This document shows, piece by piece, positions 1 to 8,865 of a stretch of DNA of 64,000 nucleotides. The stretch comes from Escherichia coli. Its GTDB lineage: Bacteria > Pseudomonadota > Gammaproteobacteria > Enterobacterales > Enterobacteriaceae. The stretch lies in the NCBI RefSeq assembly GCF_024700885.2, contig NZ_CP117014.1; one strand, given 5' to 3'. The translations under genes were made by a program, and so were the position numbers. The notes under the pieces were generated by a model. The model worked only from the letters and a program-made list of their open reading frames with translations. It ran no database searches and was not told the origin of the DNA. How positions within the stretch are numbered: position 1 is the stretch's first letter; every line of letters begins with the position of its first letter.

Positions 1-277
1 GTGGTGGACGACGAGTGATGGGAAAAGACTGTAGTTGTTCATAGTGTAGTGACTCCTTGCTTTCGGAGCCGCCATCGACTGTTCCACGGTCTGGTGGCGG
101 CGCAATAAAGGCTGGAACACCGTGAGTCAACGGGGGCTTTTCAGCCACCTATATTGCACCGCCATAGGTATGACGGCGGCAATAATACGAAAAACTAAAC
201 AGTTTGTCTCAAAAAGTTGACCGGTGTGCCAATCGGTAGTGAATGTACATCGGAGAAATTTACAATTCAACTTAAAA

Positions 278-291
278 TGTTAGAAAACTAA
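278..291 (+). promoter_or_regulatory. operator-like 14-mer, copy 1
   Basis: TGTTAGAAAACTAA; identical to copies at 3783 and 18510; abuts the ref stop codon. Confidence 0.5.
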
Positions 292-866
292 TTTATCGAT
301 TCAATCGCCATCTGATACAACGTCATTTCATCGGCATTGTGCCGTATGAAATCTGCTTTTCCGCCTATTTTTCCATCAGCATGAACAGGGACCAGCCAGG
401 GATATTGTTCTCGGACCTCGGCTGGCGCTGCGTACTGGTGGTGCCATTTACACAAAGGGAGGACATATTTATGCGCGTTCTCTGCCGTTCTCCCGAAGAT
501 ATGGTGCAGGGATACCACTGGGCTATGTTGCCCGTGAATATGGCAGGCAATGCAGGGGAGAGTACCTATAGCGGTCTGTATCCGGCGTTCATCGGCTGTG
601 AGTGATCTGCCTTTCAGGCCGCGTGACGTGCGTGTTTTTTTGGGCGGAGCGGATACAGCTTTATCTTTTCTCCGCTGTTCATATTGCTTTGCTTTTTCAT
701 TTTTCTTTTGCCGATATTCAGGCGATGCGGCCTTTTCTCTCGCTCGCTGCTGCTGGCGTTGAGCTTGTTGAAGGCGCTTTGCCCTTTGTTCCTCTCGCCA
801 GGCCGGGTCAGCCAATTTTTGCATGGCTTTTTGTCTCTGTTTCTCCCAATAACTCTGTTTCTGCAT
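288..866 (-). CDS. ref: Ref-like HNH endonuclease (recombination enhancement function)
   Basis: 192-aa ORF; K/R/Q-rich N-terminal half, then LPCIACH..VSLHHI.GRT..LPLC.WHHQ.AAPAEVRE.YPWLVPVHADG, which I recognise as the HNH core of phage P1 Ref. Confidence 0.85.
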   Translation of the reverse strand: MQKQSYWEKQRQKAMQKLADPAWREEQRAKRLQQAQRQQQRAREKAASPEYRQKKNEKAKQYEQRRKDKAVSAPPKKTRTSRGLKGRSLTADERRIQTAIGTLPCIACHIHGQHSPVVSLHHIFGRTAENAHKYVLPLCKWHHQYAAPAEVREQYPWLVPVHADGKIGGKADFIRHNADEMTLYQMAIESIN

Positions 867-930
867 GATGGCAGTCTCTTACTTTTCAACGATTTTTCTA
901 TGATTGATCAAAACGGTTAGATATTCAAAA

Positions 931-944
931 TTGATTTTCTAACA
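931..944 (-). promoter_or_regulatory. operator-like 14-mer, copy 2
   Basis: Minus strand reads TGTTAGAAAATCAA; lies in the divergent region between ref (minus) and the plus-strand operon starting at 1139. Confidence 0.5.
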
Positions 945-1138
945 CAAAACATTAATATCATCACTGATAAATGTTTGGAGGACATGATGCTTATAGCTTT
1001 AAGTGCGATCCACCAGCCATCTGTGAATGAGATTGGCCTGTTCTATGTGTTGTTTTTCGGGGCGTTGGCGCTACTTGAGCTTGGTATTGAGCTTTTCGCA
1101 GTGCTTATGTTTTGCGTCACGATTTTGGGGAAATTTTG

Positions 1139-1750
1139 ATGGTGAAACGTGTTTTGAAAATTTACATCGCGGGGCCGATGACTGGTTATCCAGATTACAA
1201 CCGTGCTGCGTTTAATGCGAAAGCGAGCGAGCTGATGGCTGAAGGGCATATCGTTCTGAATCCAGCTGTGTTACCTGGTGGCCTTTGTCAGAGTGAATAC
1301 ATGGATATTTGCCTGGCAATGGTGCGTTCTGCTGATGCGATCTACTTGCTCAATCGATGGGAGGAATCGATTGGTGCTCGTGCAGAGCACGCGCTGGCTG
1401 AAAAGCTGGGGCTGACTGTAATTTATGAGTCACCAACCAACATTGAATGCCAGGTTGCTCCGCATATTTACCGGGAACTGGTCAATGCACTGCGTGATAT
1501 CGCTGCTGTATATCACGGCACAGAACAGCTTCGTGAGCGTTTAGCCCATACCATTTCCTATTACCTGTCTTTATCTCATGAGCACAAGCTCCGCCAGAAG
1601 GTAATGATCAAATTTATCATGAGGTTATCGAAATCCCTGGCAAACGCCGATCCAAAGAATCCATTACCGAAAGAGGCAATGAATTACCTGAAGTCCTGCA
1701 ACGTTGTTTCTGAAGATGGCGTTCTTTTGGTTAGAAGGAGTTCTGCGTGA
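1139..1750 (+). CDS. DUF4406 (nucleoside 2-deoxyribosyltransferase-like) protein with extra C-terminal domain
   Basis: Start moved to the internal ATG after GGGG; KIYIAGPMTGYPDYNRAAF...ADAIYLLNRWEESIGARAE matches the DUF4406 signature from memory; C-terminal PHIYRELVN..GTEQLRERL module recurs in the 506-aa protein at 8866. Confidence 0.6.
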   Translation: MVKRVLKIYIAGPMTGYPDYNRAAFNAKASELMAEGHIVLNPAVLPGGLCQSEYMDICLAMVRSADAIYLLNRWEESIGARAEHALAEKLGLTVIYESPTNIECQVAPHIYRELVNALRDIAAVYHGTEQLRERLAHTISYYLSLSHEHKLRQKVMIKFIMRLSKSLANADPKNPLPKEAMNYLKSCNVVSEDGVLLVRRSSA

Positions 1751-2064
1751 GCTGGCGGGGATGGGGAAGGGCAGAAATCATGATACTCCGCCAGTGCGCC
1801 GGAACTATGACGGTCGAGAGTATTGGGAAGCTGATCGGTCGTACCGGTGATGCCGTCAGGACTAAAGCGCGGGAGTTGGGGATCAGCATGATTCTGAAAG
1901 GAGACTTTCATCCGTCAGCCAAATTCCGGCAGAGCGATATAGAACTGGCGCGGCAGCTTCATCAGTGTGGTGTTCCCCGCCGTGAGATCGCGGAAAAACT
2001 CGAAATGCCCCTGGGCATGATTAATCAGTACGTTTATTTCGAAAGGAGAGTACATGAAGTCTGA
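1747..2064 (+). CDS. hypothetical small protein with HTH-like segments
   Basis: 105 aa; GTGA overlap with the upstream stop; segments ESIGKLIGRTGDAVRTKAREL and REIAEKLEMPLGMINQY look helix-turn-helix-like. Confidence 0.4.
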   Translation: MSWRGWGRAEIMILRQCAGTMTVESIGKLIGRTGDAVRTKARELGISMILKGDFHPSAKFRQSDIELARQLHQCGVPRREIAEKLEMPLGMINQYVYFERRVHEV

Positions 2065-2557
2065 AGGTTTAACGCCAGCACAACTGGCAGAGCGTAACGC
2101 TGAGTATGTAACGGAAATTTCCCGACTTGAGAAAGCGTGTGCTGCGCTGGCGGCGGAGAATGCGAGACTGAATGCGATATGTGAGGATCGCCGCACGTTC
2201 ATTATGAATGGCGTGCAGCTTGGCTTTATCAAGGTGCCAACAGTGGAAATAGATCCAGCTCTCGAAACAATTCGTCTCGCCCTATCACCACAAAAAACCA
2301 CTCCTGCGACCGACACTTTCCTGGATGAAGTGAAGACTGAAGCACGCAAGGAGGGCGCTTACTTTGTGGCGAACAGGATGCTGGCTGCTTGGGAAGCTGG
2401 TTTTATTGATGATACTGCGAAGAACGCCGCGGATATTGCCCGGATGATTCTTACCTCTACTGAGTTTATGGCTAATGCGCGGGAAGGCGATTTTGACCGC
2501 TCATTCTCTGATGGCGTTCTCGAAGATATCGCCGAACAGCTTAGAAAAGGAAGGTAA
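2054..2557 (+). CDS. Ead/Ea22-like protein (short paralog)
   Basis: 167 aa; coiled-coil ALAAENARL plus C-terminal ATDTFLDEVKTEARKEG..AAW..GFID module shared with the ORF at 5766. Confidence 0.5.
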   Translation: MKSEGLTPAQLAERNAEYVTEISRLEKACAALAAENARLNAICEDRRTFIMNGVQLGFIKVPTVEIDPALETIRLALSPQKTTPATDTFLDEVKTEARKEGAYFVANRMLAAWEAGFIDDTAKNAADIARMILTSTEFMANAREGDFDRSFSDGVLEDIAEQLRKGR

Positions 2558-2560
2558 ACA

Positions 2561-2809
2561 GTGAGTAATACCGCACGACTACAGCTTGGTTTTTCACCGC
2601 TATCAAAAACCATCGTGTTGGCAAAAATGCGTGACTTAGGGGATGGAACAAAACGTCGTGTTGGCAATGATCGCGGTCGTGATGTAACCAACGAGGCCGC
2701 TCAACTCCTCTGGCATCTGGTCATGGCAGAAGGCGGTGAAATTAATTGGGAGCTGGATGATGGTTCTCGCATGGTATTGAAGGCAGAAAAGCAGGAACCA
2801 CCACAGTGA
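2561..2809 (+). CDS. hypothetical protein
   Basis: 82-aa ORF, GTG start, tightly packed in the plus-strand operon. Confidence 0.35.
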   Translation: MSNTARLQLGFSPLSKTIVLAKMRDLGDGTKRRVGNDRGRDVTNEAAQLLWHLVMAEGGEINWELDDGSRMVLKAEKQEPPQ

Positions 2810-3081
2810 ATATCGACACCACGATAACGCTCGATACGGCCCTAAATACCGGTCTGGCACTTCTTGGTTGGCTTTACATCATGTCCCGTACCTGGCGATG
2901 GCTGGGTTCCATTTTCCTAAAAGAGTGGAAAAAACGGCGCAAACAGGAACTACGCCAGAAGGCATTAGAAGCGTTCTATGACGCATTTGAACTTAGCCGC
3001 ATTGAACCAGGCACAACAGCCAGAATAGCGACAAAAGGCGACCTGATGATAGTGATGTTCAGACAGGAGAAAACCAAATGA
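2806..3081 (+). CDS. hypothetical small membrane protein
   Basis: 91 aa; 4-nt overlap with the upstream gene; hydrophobic segment GLALLGWLYIMS. Confidence 0.35.
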   Translation: MNIDTTITLDTALNTGLALLGWLYIMSRTWRWLGSIFLKEWKKRRKQELRQKALEAFYDAFELSRIEPGTTARIATKGDLMIVMFRQEKTK

Positions 3082-3302
3082 CAGAACAGACGATGACAAA
3101 TCGCGAACTTGTTGATGCCGCGATTGAACTTGCTGGCGATTTTTATTCCATGATGGGGTACACGCATCGCCCAGGCTTCAAATATTGGGAGTCTCCGCAC
3201 CCGCAAGAGCAACGGGTATTTCAAATGGCCTGCCGCGCTTTTGAAGTTATTCGCGGTTCTGATGTGATGGACGCGGTTGCTGATTTGGAGGATGAAGAGT
3301 GA
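3078..3302 (+). CDS. hypothetical acidic protein
   Basis: 74 aa; about 15 D/E versus 6 K/R by my count; ATGA overlap with the upstream gene. Confidence 0.4.
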   Translation: MTEQTMTNRELVDAAIELAGDFYSMMGYTHRPGFKYWESPHPQEQRVFQMACRAFEVIRGSDVMDAVADLEDEE

Positions 3303-3610
3303 ACACAATTAAAGAAATGCCGGTAGAACGTGATGAATATGGCTGCTGGACACATCCGGAGTATGAGAAGTTTTGCGCAGGTCGTGAATATATTTCCACT
3401 GAGGAATTTGACGCCTGGATGAAGGAAAATAATCTTCAGTGGACTATTCGCAGTATGGATGAAGATGATTTTGATCTGGACGCAGCTGGTCCCGATATTG
3501 CCGCCTGGGAACCGGAGCGACCAGAGGGTGAAGGCTGGTTTGTTGGCTCTATTCATGACACTGAAGATGGTCCGGTTTGTATCTGGCTGCGTGAGAAGGT
3601 TGCCGCATGA
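3299..3610 (+). CDS. hypothetical strongly acidic protein
   Basis: 103 aa; about 26 D/E versus 9 K/R by my count; GTGA overlap with the upstream gene. Confidence 0.4.
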   Translation: MNTIKEMPVERDEYGCWTHPEYEKFCAGREYISTEEFDAWMKENNLQWTIRSMDEDDFDLDAAGPDIAAWEPERPEGEGWFVGSIHDTEDGPVCIWLREKVAA

Positions 3611-3782
3611 CCCAGGCTCTGCATGAAGTGAATTTATATAGCCGTATTGATGGTTCTGGCTATAGAAACTAGACACGGGCGCGGTTTTTAGCGGAAATCT
3701 GACGCTAATGCAGGTGAAGGGAGGGCAGCTTAAAGTCTGATCAAATCATTTACGCACTCAAAATCACGTTAGAACATTGATT

Positions 3783-3796
3783 TTAGTTTTCTAACA
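3783..3796 (-). promoter_or_regulatory. operator-like 14-mer, copy 3
   Basis: Minus strand reads TGTTAGAAAACTAA; faces a weaker half CGTTAGAACATTGA at 3767-3780; 43 bp upstream of the ORF at 3839. Confidence 0.5.
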
Positions 3797-3838
3797 TATT
3801 ATTTTACCGATCGGAACAAAACAGAGTCGGTATGCATT

Positions 3839-4834
3839 ATGAGTGCAATAATCACCCCATATGTCGTAAATGAAACTGGTGTGGCTGTCTTTCCTGTAGA
3901 TAAGCCCACCAGCAATTACATCGGCGCAGGACGCCGTTTTCTTATATCCCCATTGCCGCGTGAACAGGCTGAAAACACCCCTGATGGTGTCGTTGACCTG
4001 AATTATTCACTGGTTGCCAACCAGTCACTGGCACCCTTTTTTCAAAGTGAGCGCGTATTTAACGCGTTAGGTGGTGAGGATTCTCTCGTTCACTGGGTTA
4101 GCACCAACATTCACGATTGCCAGGTGCATGATAAGCGCGATTGCAGCCACCAGCTAACCACCCATTTCTATAACGGTTCTGCCGTTCGCCTGTGCTGGAA
4201 GCATGATGCGGAATACATGATGAAGGGATACGGCAAGCTGGAAGACCAACTGTCACTGAATCGCGCCAACTGGATTATGAACTGGGCTGCCAGCGAGTTA
4301 AAACTTCCGCCAGATCGCGATCTGAGCATGGTTGAACTCACCTTTTGGGCCATTCGCCGGAATCTTAAAGACGAACTGCCTGATGAAGCTGGTCGCATTG
4401 CATTTTGTCAGCCAAAAACTGAAATCCCTACCGGCACTCTGAAAGAGTCGGATATTACTTGGGAGCATAGTACCCGCGAGCTGGTGGATATTTCCGCAGA
4501 GCAGATCGTCAATCTGTCCGTCGATGAAGATTCTGGCCTCCTATATATGCGCCGTCCAAAAACCTTACTCGGAAAAAGCCCGGCTTATCTCCGGTTTGTG
4601 GTGTCTCGCCCGTGTGTAGGCTGCGGCGGCAAGGTTAATCACCCATTCATGTACCGCGCCCGCTCGTTAAACGAACACGACCGCTGGACTGTTCCTCTTT
4701 GCGATGACTGCGCCAGAAGCGCAGAAAACGATGTCCGGGCATGGGAAAAAGCACATGGCATACGCCTTTACGTAGCCGCTAACCAGCTTTTCGACTTCGC
4801 CATTGAGCGCGGAGTGATCACGTTCAATAACTGA
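3839..4834 (+). CDS. DUF968-like protein
   Basis: 331 aa; C-terminal Cys cluster CVGCGG...PLCDDCA resembles the prophage DUF968 family (from memory). Confidence 0.45.
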   Translation: MSAIITPYVVNETGVAVFPVDKPTSNYIGAGRRFLISPLPREQAENTPDGVVDLNYSLVANQSLAPFFQSERVFNALGGEDSLVHWVSTNIHDCQVHDKRDCSHQLTTHFYNGSAVRLCWKHDAEYMMKGYGKLEDQLSLNRANWIMNWAASELKLPPDRDLSMVELTFWAIRRNLKDELPDEAGRIAFCQPKTEIPTGTLKESDITWEHSTRELVDISAEQIVNLSVDEDSGLLYMRRPKTLLGKSPAYLRFVVSRPCVGCGGKVNHPFMYRARSLNEHDRWTVPLCDDCARSAENDVRAWEKAHGIRLYVAANQLFDFAIERGVITFNN

Positions 4835-4847
4835 TGGGAGCAATGCA

Positions 4848-5141
4848 ATGAGTCAAGGTAATGGTGACGGAGCTGCAAAGTGCAGAATCTCCACTTGTTT
4901 GATTAATGACAAAAAAATAGAACCGTGCGCGGCGTTGGCACAATCTCTGGAGAAGGATGCTGAATACACGACGCGGAAAGGTCTGCTGAAATACAAAATC
5001 TATAACCATGAATTAATTCATTCACAAGACCTGATCATGCTGCGGTCTGGTGAATTTTCTAAATCGCCTATTCGAGTTTCATTTTGCCCATTCTGTGGTG
5101 AAAGTCTGAAAACGTGGGAAGCGGAGGCAACCAGTGAATAA
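4848..5141 (+). CDS. hypothetical protein with C-terminal CxxC
   Basis: 97-aa ORF; FCPFCGESL near the C-terminus. Confidence 0.35.
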   Translation: MSQGNGDGAAKCRISTCLINDKKIEPCAALAQSLEKDAEYTTRKGLLKYKIYNHELIHSQDLIMLRSGEFSKSPIRVSFCPFCGESLKTWEAEATSE

Positions 5142-5778
5142 CCGCTTTTACATGATGTGCTTGCGTGAAACTGTGGGTAATAACGCCTCATTCCATTGCC
5201 ATAACGGCAATGGTTACAGTTCTGATATCGATCGCGCTCATATTTACACGCTGGAAGAAGCCCAAAAAGCCTGGAATTGTGGGCGAGATATCGATCAGCC
5301 TGTTTGTGCCGATAGTGTGGATGCAATGGCTGTGTGGCACGTTGATTGCCAGTACATCCCTACAGAAAGCCTGATTGAGTCAGATTGCACTGAGTATGTG
5401 GCCTACAAAAAAGGTAGCTGGAACGGCAACGATGTTTACTGGCTTCAACACGGTGGATTGCCAACAGATGACTTCAGTAAAGCGACCATCTTTAGCTTCG
5501 CCAACAAAAACGAACCAGGAATAGTTTGGTTGCCATTTTCCATTGCTGATGCAGCAAAGCGCCGGACGTTCAATATCAATAACTTTAACCGCAGAACAAT
5601 GGTTCAGGGCGCAGGTTTGGTCATGCCTGACTGGTTGAAAGAGCAGAACAGAAGAAAGAAGTCGCGAAGCGGGAAGGTGCGTTGGAATTGTCCGCATTGC
5701 GGAAAAATAACCTGGCAGTACAGCCCATATGATTTTGAAGGCTGTCGTGATTACAACTGTGAAGGATGGCGAGAATGA
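5134..5778 (+). CDS. hypothetical protein with C-terminal zinc-ribbon-like motif
   Basis: 214 aa; WNCPHCGKITW...CRDYNCEGW. Confidence 0.4.
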   Translation: MNNRFYMMCLRETVGNNASFHCHNGNGYSSDIDRAHIYTLEEAQKAWNCGRDIDQPVCADSVDAMAVWHVDCQYIPTESLIESDCTEYVAYKKGSWNGNDVYWLQHGGLPTDDFSKATIFSFANKNEPGIVWLPFSIADAAKRRTFNINNFNRRTMVQGAGLVMPDWLKEQNRRKKSRSGKVRWNCPHCGKITWQYSPYDFEGCRDYNCEGWRE

Positions 5779-6488
5779 CAATTGACTATCAGGTACTGCG
5801 TGAGGCGGCAGAAAAGGCAACACCAGACGAATGGGTCGCATTTATTTCGACGGATACTGGTACTTATGCGGTGCACACGCCCGGTGATGAACGATGTGAA
5901 GACGTTATCAAATGGACCGGCTTTGATGGACAGAAAAATGCAGAGAACAACGCTCGTTATGTTGCCGCGTTCAACCCAAAGGTTGCACTGGAGCTTCTTG
6001 GTGAAATTAAGCGCCTGGAGGACACAAATATTGATGCTATGTGTCGAATTGCAGAGCTTGAGACTAATCTCGCGGCGCTGGCGGCGGAGAATGAACTGGC
6101 TCGTAAGGCAGTTCAGGCATTCTGCGATGTTGTTGGCGACAACACCGAGGTTATCGCTGAGGAGGTTGGGCGAGATGGCGTTCTGGTTATTTTGGAGGCC
6201 ATGAAGGCAACAGGAAATATGCCAGCCACCGATGCTTTTCTGGCTGAAATTCGTGCGGAAGCACGCAACGAGGGAGTTAACTATACCGCCAGCCGTCTTG
6301 CTGCTGCGTTCAATCACGGATTTATCAATAAGTCTTTGCGTGAAGTTTTCGACGTTACACGCATGATTTTGTCAGCGAAAGAAGAGTTGGCTAATGAAGC
6401 GCATCCGATTGATGGCCTGTCTGGTGAATATGCGGAGAAATCCCTTGAAGAATGGGCGGAACAGATTCGCAAAGGAGCTGACAAGTGA
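5766..6488 (+). CDS. Ead/Ea22-like protein
   Basis: 240 aa; N-terminal YQVLREAAEKAT..W module shared with 7423; central ALAAENELA; C-terminal ATDAFLAEIRAEARNEG module shared with 2054. Confidence 0.55.
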   Translation: MARMTIDYQVLREAAEKATPDEWVAFISTDTGTYAVHTPGDERCEDVIKWTGFDGQKNAENNARYVAAFNPKVALELLGEIKRLEDTNIDAMCRIAELETNLAALAAENELARKAVQAFCDVVGDNTEVIAEEVGRDGVLVILEAMKATGNMPATDAFLAEIRAEARNEGVNYTASRLAAAFNHGFINKSLREVFDVTRMILSAKEELANEAHPIDGLSGEYAEKSLEEWAEQIRKGADK

Positions 6489-6895
6489 AGAAGATGATTT
6501 TTATCGCGGCATTGTTGGTGAATATCCAACAAGTGCATGCTTCAGCAGCTATTGTAGCCTCTACCGCCGCGACTACGGCTGCTGTAGCTGCTGCGAACTC
6601 TGCGAATATCGCAAACCAACAGGCACAGCGTGCTGCTAATGCATCAGCCAGCGTTCACTCAATCACCATTAAGAGCAGTAAGCAAAATCTGGGATTCATA
6701 ACGTGCGGCACGCGTTCTAATGAAGCTGTAGGTTCACTTGGATGTACGGTATATGGGGGTAGTGAGAATAGAGAAATTCCATGGAAAACGTGGCCCGGAT
6801 ACGTTCTTGGCTCGAAGCTCCCGGCCAGTTATGAAGTAAACGCCGTATCGTTTGATCACTATAACGGCGTGGCAACGGTCTATTTTGCATATTGA
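6485..6895 (+). CDS. small secreted protein
   Basis: 136 aa; signal-peptide-like MKKMIFIAALLVNIQQVHA followed by an Ala/Thr-rich stretch. Confidence 0.45.
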   Translation: MKKMIFIAALLVNIQQVHASAAIVASTAATTAAVAAANSANIANQQAQRAANASASVHSITIKSSKQNLGFITCGTRSNEAVGSLGCTVYGGSENREIPWKTWPGYVLGSKLPASYEVNAVSFDHYNGVATVYFAY

Positions 6896-6902
6896 GGCCC
6901 GC

Positions 6903-7436
6903 ATGAAATTCTCCAAATTTTCTGAGTTGGTGAATCGTATTTTGTTGAATCGTATTTTGTCCAACAACCACAGCCATCGTCGCGATATGGATGTAACGAT
7001 CGTTGTTCATTCGCCTGGCAGCATTGGTTCAACACCCTCAGTTGAGGTTCAGTCAATTCACGCTGGTTTTGATTGGGATTCCGGGAAAGTGCTGATTTTC
7101 CCAGCACAGCCACTGACCACTCTAACACCAGAACAGATTACTGATATTACTGATAGTGTGCGCAAAGGTCAGTCCTGGCACGCATATCAGGAATACAAGA
7201 AGCATAAAGAGCAGTTGGAAAAATTATCGATTGAACTTGATACCGCAAAACAGCGCATTGCAGAGCTGGAGAGCAATCGCGCGGCGCTGGCGGCGGAGCA
7301 TGGTATTCAGATTGCAATAAATGAACTGCTTGCTCTGGCCCCGCGTCTGGATAAACGAGCGGTGGATGCACTCTCTGTGGCTGTGGAGCACCTGTGTAAA
7401 CTGATTAAGAAGGAGGCAGTCAGTGAGCAAAATTAA
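6903..7436 (+). CDS. hypothetical coiled-coil protein
   Basis: Start moved to MKFSKF; contains ELESNRAALAAEHG, the same junction motif as the Ea22-like paralogs. Confidence 0.4.
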   Translation: MKFSKFSELVNRILLNRILSNNHSHRRDMDVTIVVHSPGSIGSTPSVEVQSIHAGFDWDSGKVLIFPAQPLTTLTPEQITDITDSVRKGQSWHAYQEYKKHKEQLEKLSIELDTAKQRIAELESNRAALAAEHGIQIAINELLALAPRLDKRAVDALSVAVEHLCKLIKKEAVSEQN

Positions 7437-8178
7437 TTACCAGGCACTGCGTGAGGCGGCAGAGAAAGCAACGTGGGGAGACTGGGACTCATATAAACCA
7501 CACCGTGGCGCACGTGGTTATAAGGTCCGACTAAGTGGTCAGGCCATTGCGCAACACGTTCTGAAAAACAACGCTGAATTTATTGCTGCCTTTAATCCAA
7601 AGGTTGCTTTGGCATTACTGGATGAACTGGAAAGAAACCAGCAATACATCAAACGCCGCGACCAGAAGAACGAGGATATTGCTCTTACGGTTGGGAAGCT
7701 GAGAGTTGAGCTTGAGGAAGTAAAACAACACGCTGAAGAATTATCCGAAACCAAGGCTGTTCGTAACCAATGGCGGCCAGATATTTGCCCAATAACCGGA
7801 CGTGCATTTTTCATGTGGATTGAGCATCCAACATTGGGAAATGTGCCGACATATGGTGGCCCATTAGATAGTTACACCATTCCAACAAAGGACGGTGACG
7901 GTGAGTTTTCATGTGAGCGTTACGATCATGATTTTGGCGGTTGGGTAGAAAGCGAATGTCTTGGGTTATATCTGATTGATGATAGAGAACAATGCAGGGT
8001 CTACGAACTGGAGGAGCGCGTTAAGGAACTGGATGCTCGGGAAATATCGCTCCCGGAACGTAGCAGCATGCTTCATCGAACAGATTTTCACGATGATTAC
8101 CAAACGGTAATGGCATACAAAGTTTCTGAAGTCATCGATGCAATCCGCGCTACTGGCATTCGCATCAAAGGAGAGTGA
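7423..8178 (+). CDS. Ead/Ea22-like protein (N-terminal module)
   Basis: 251 aa; INYQALREAAEKATWGDW..NAEFIAAFNPKVALALLDELE parallels the ORF at 5766. Confidence 0.55.
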   Translation: MSKINYQALREAAEKATWGDWDSYKPHRGARGYKVRLSGQAIAQHVLKNNAEFIAAFNPKVALALLDELERNQQYIKRRDQKNEDIALTVGKLRVELEEVKQHAEELSETKAVRNQWRPDICPITGRAFFMWIEHPTLGNVPTYGGPLDSYTIPTKDGDGEFSCERYDHDFGGWVESECLGLYLIDDREQCRVYELEERVKELDAREISLPERSSMLHRTDFHDDYQTVMAYKVSEVIDAIRATGIRIKGE

Positions 8179-8179
8179 G

Positions 8180-8590
8180 ATGAACGCTATAACCAAAGAA
8201 CGTATCAAATTATTCATTAAAAATCCGCTTGATAACGGACTTACTCGTGGCGAACAAATGGAACTGGCACGAATTGCTCTGGCATCGCTGGAAGCAGAGG
8301 CAGTTATGTTCTGTATATCAGGACAAAATGTAGATTCAGAAGAACATGTATCAACCAGCAAAGCGGTTGTTGATGCCTGGGTTGAAGAATGGAATCAGGT
8401 TGACGGAAGTCCTGGCGAACCACTGTACAAAACTATGCCACTCTACTATCACGCTGCCTTGCCAGCGCCGGTAGTGCCGGATGAAATGTATTGGCAGGAT
8501 GCGCCAGTTGAAGGCAGCAGCAAAGCGGCTGCATACGCTACAGGCTGGAACGCCTGCCGCGCCGCTATGCTTCATGGGAAAGGAGAGTGA
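8180..8590 (+). CDS. hypothetical protein, paralogous N-terminus to 8866
   Basis: Start at ATG after GGAGAG; ITKERIKLFIKNPLDNGLTRGEQMELARIALASLEA is nearly identical to the first 40 aa of the 506-aa ORF. Confidence 0.5.
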   Translation: MNAITKERIKLFIKNPLDNGLTRGEQMELARIALASLEAEAVMFCISGQNVDSEEHVSTSKAVVDAWVEEWNQVDGSPGEPLYKTMPLYYHAALPAPVVPDEMYWQDAPVEGSSKAAAYATGWNACRAAMLHGKGE

Positions 8591-8591
8591 T

Positions 8592-8855
8592 ATGGCAACT
8601 TTAACAAAAAAAGAACGGGCATGGTTGAACGAATTACAGGACGTTCTTGATCGCTGTCCATCACCGAAAAAAATTGGTTTTTACACCATTGGCGATAAAA
8701 GCATTTACCTGTATGACCTGCGCCGCATGGATGAAATCATGGAGACTCTTGATAATCGTTCGTCGATGGATTGGTGTGTTGCTGTTCATGATATGAATGC
8801 AGGGTTTGATGAAAAGATTTTGTTCCCCTCATCAGTTGAAAGCACTGCGGGTTAA
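8592..8855 (+). CDS. hypothetical protein
   Basis: 87 aa from the ATG after GGAGAG; packed in the operon. Confidence 0.4.
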   Translation: MATLTKKERAWLNELQDVLDRCPSPKKIGFYTIGDKSIYLYDLRRMDEIMETLDNRSSMDWCVAVHDMNAGFDEKILFPSSVESTAG

Positions 8856-8865
8856 GGAGTAACAC

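Noticed and set aside
1-42. Start of a minus-strand gene (MNNYSLFPSLVVHH...) leaving the window
   Set aside because: Only 14 codons are visible, too little to support a call.
2144-7302. GCTGGCGG within the repeated 19-mer as Chi sites
   Set aside because: It is one mismatch from Chi (GCTGGTGG). The repeat is explained by shared coding sequence (ALAAE) of paralogous modules.
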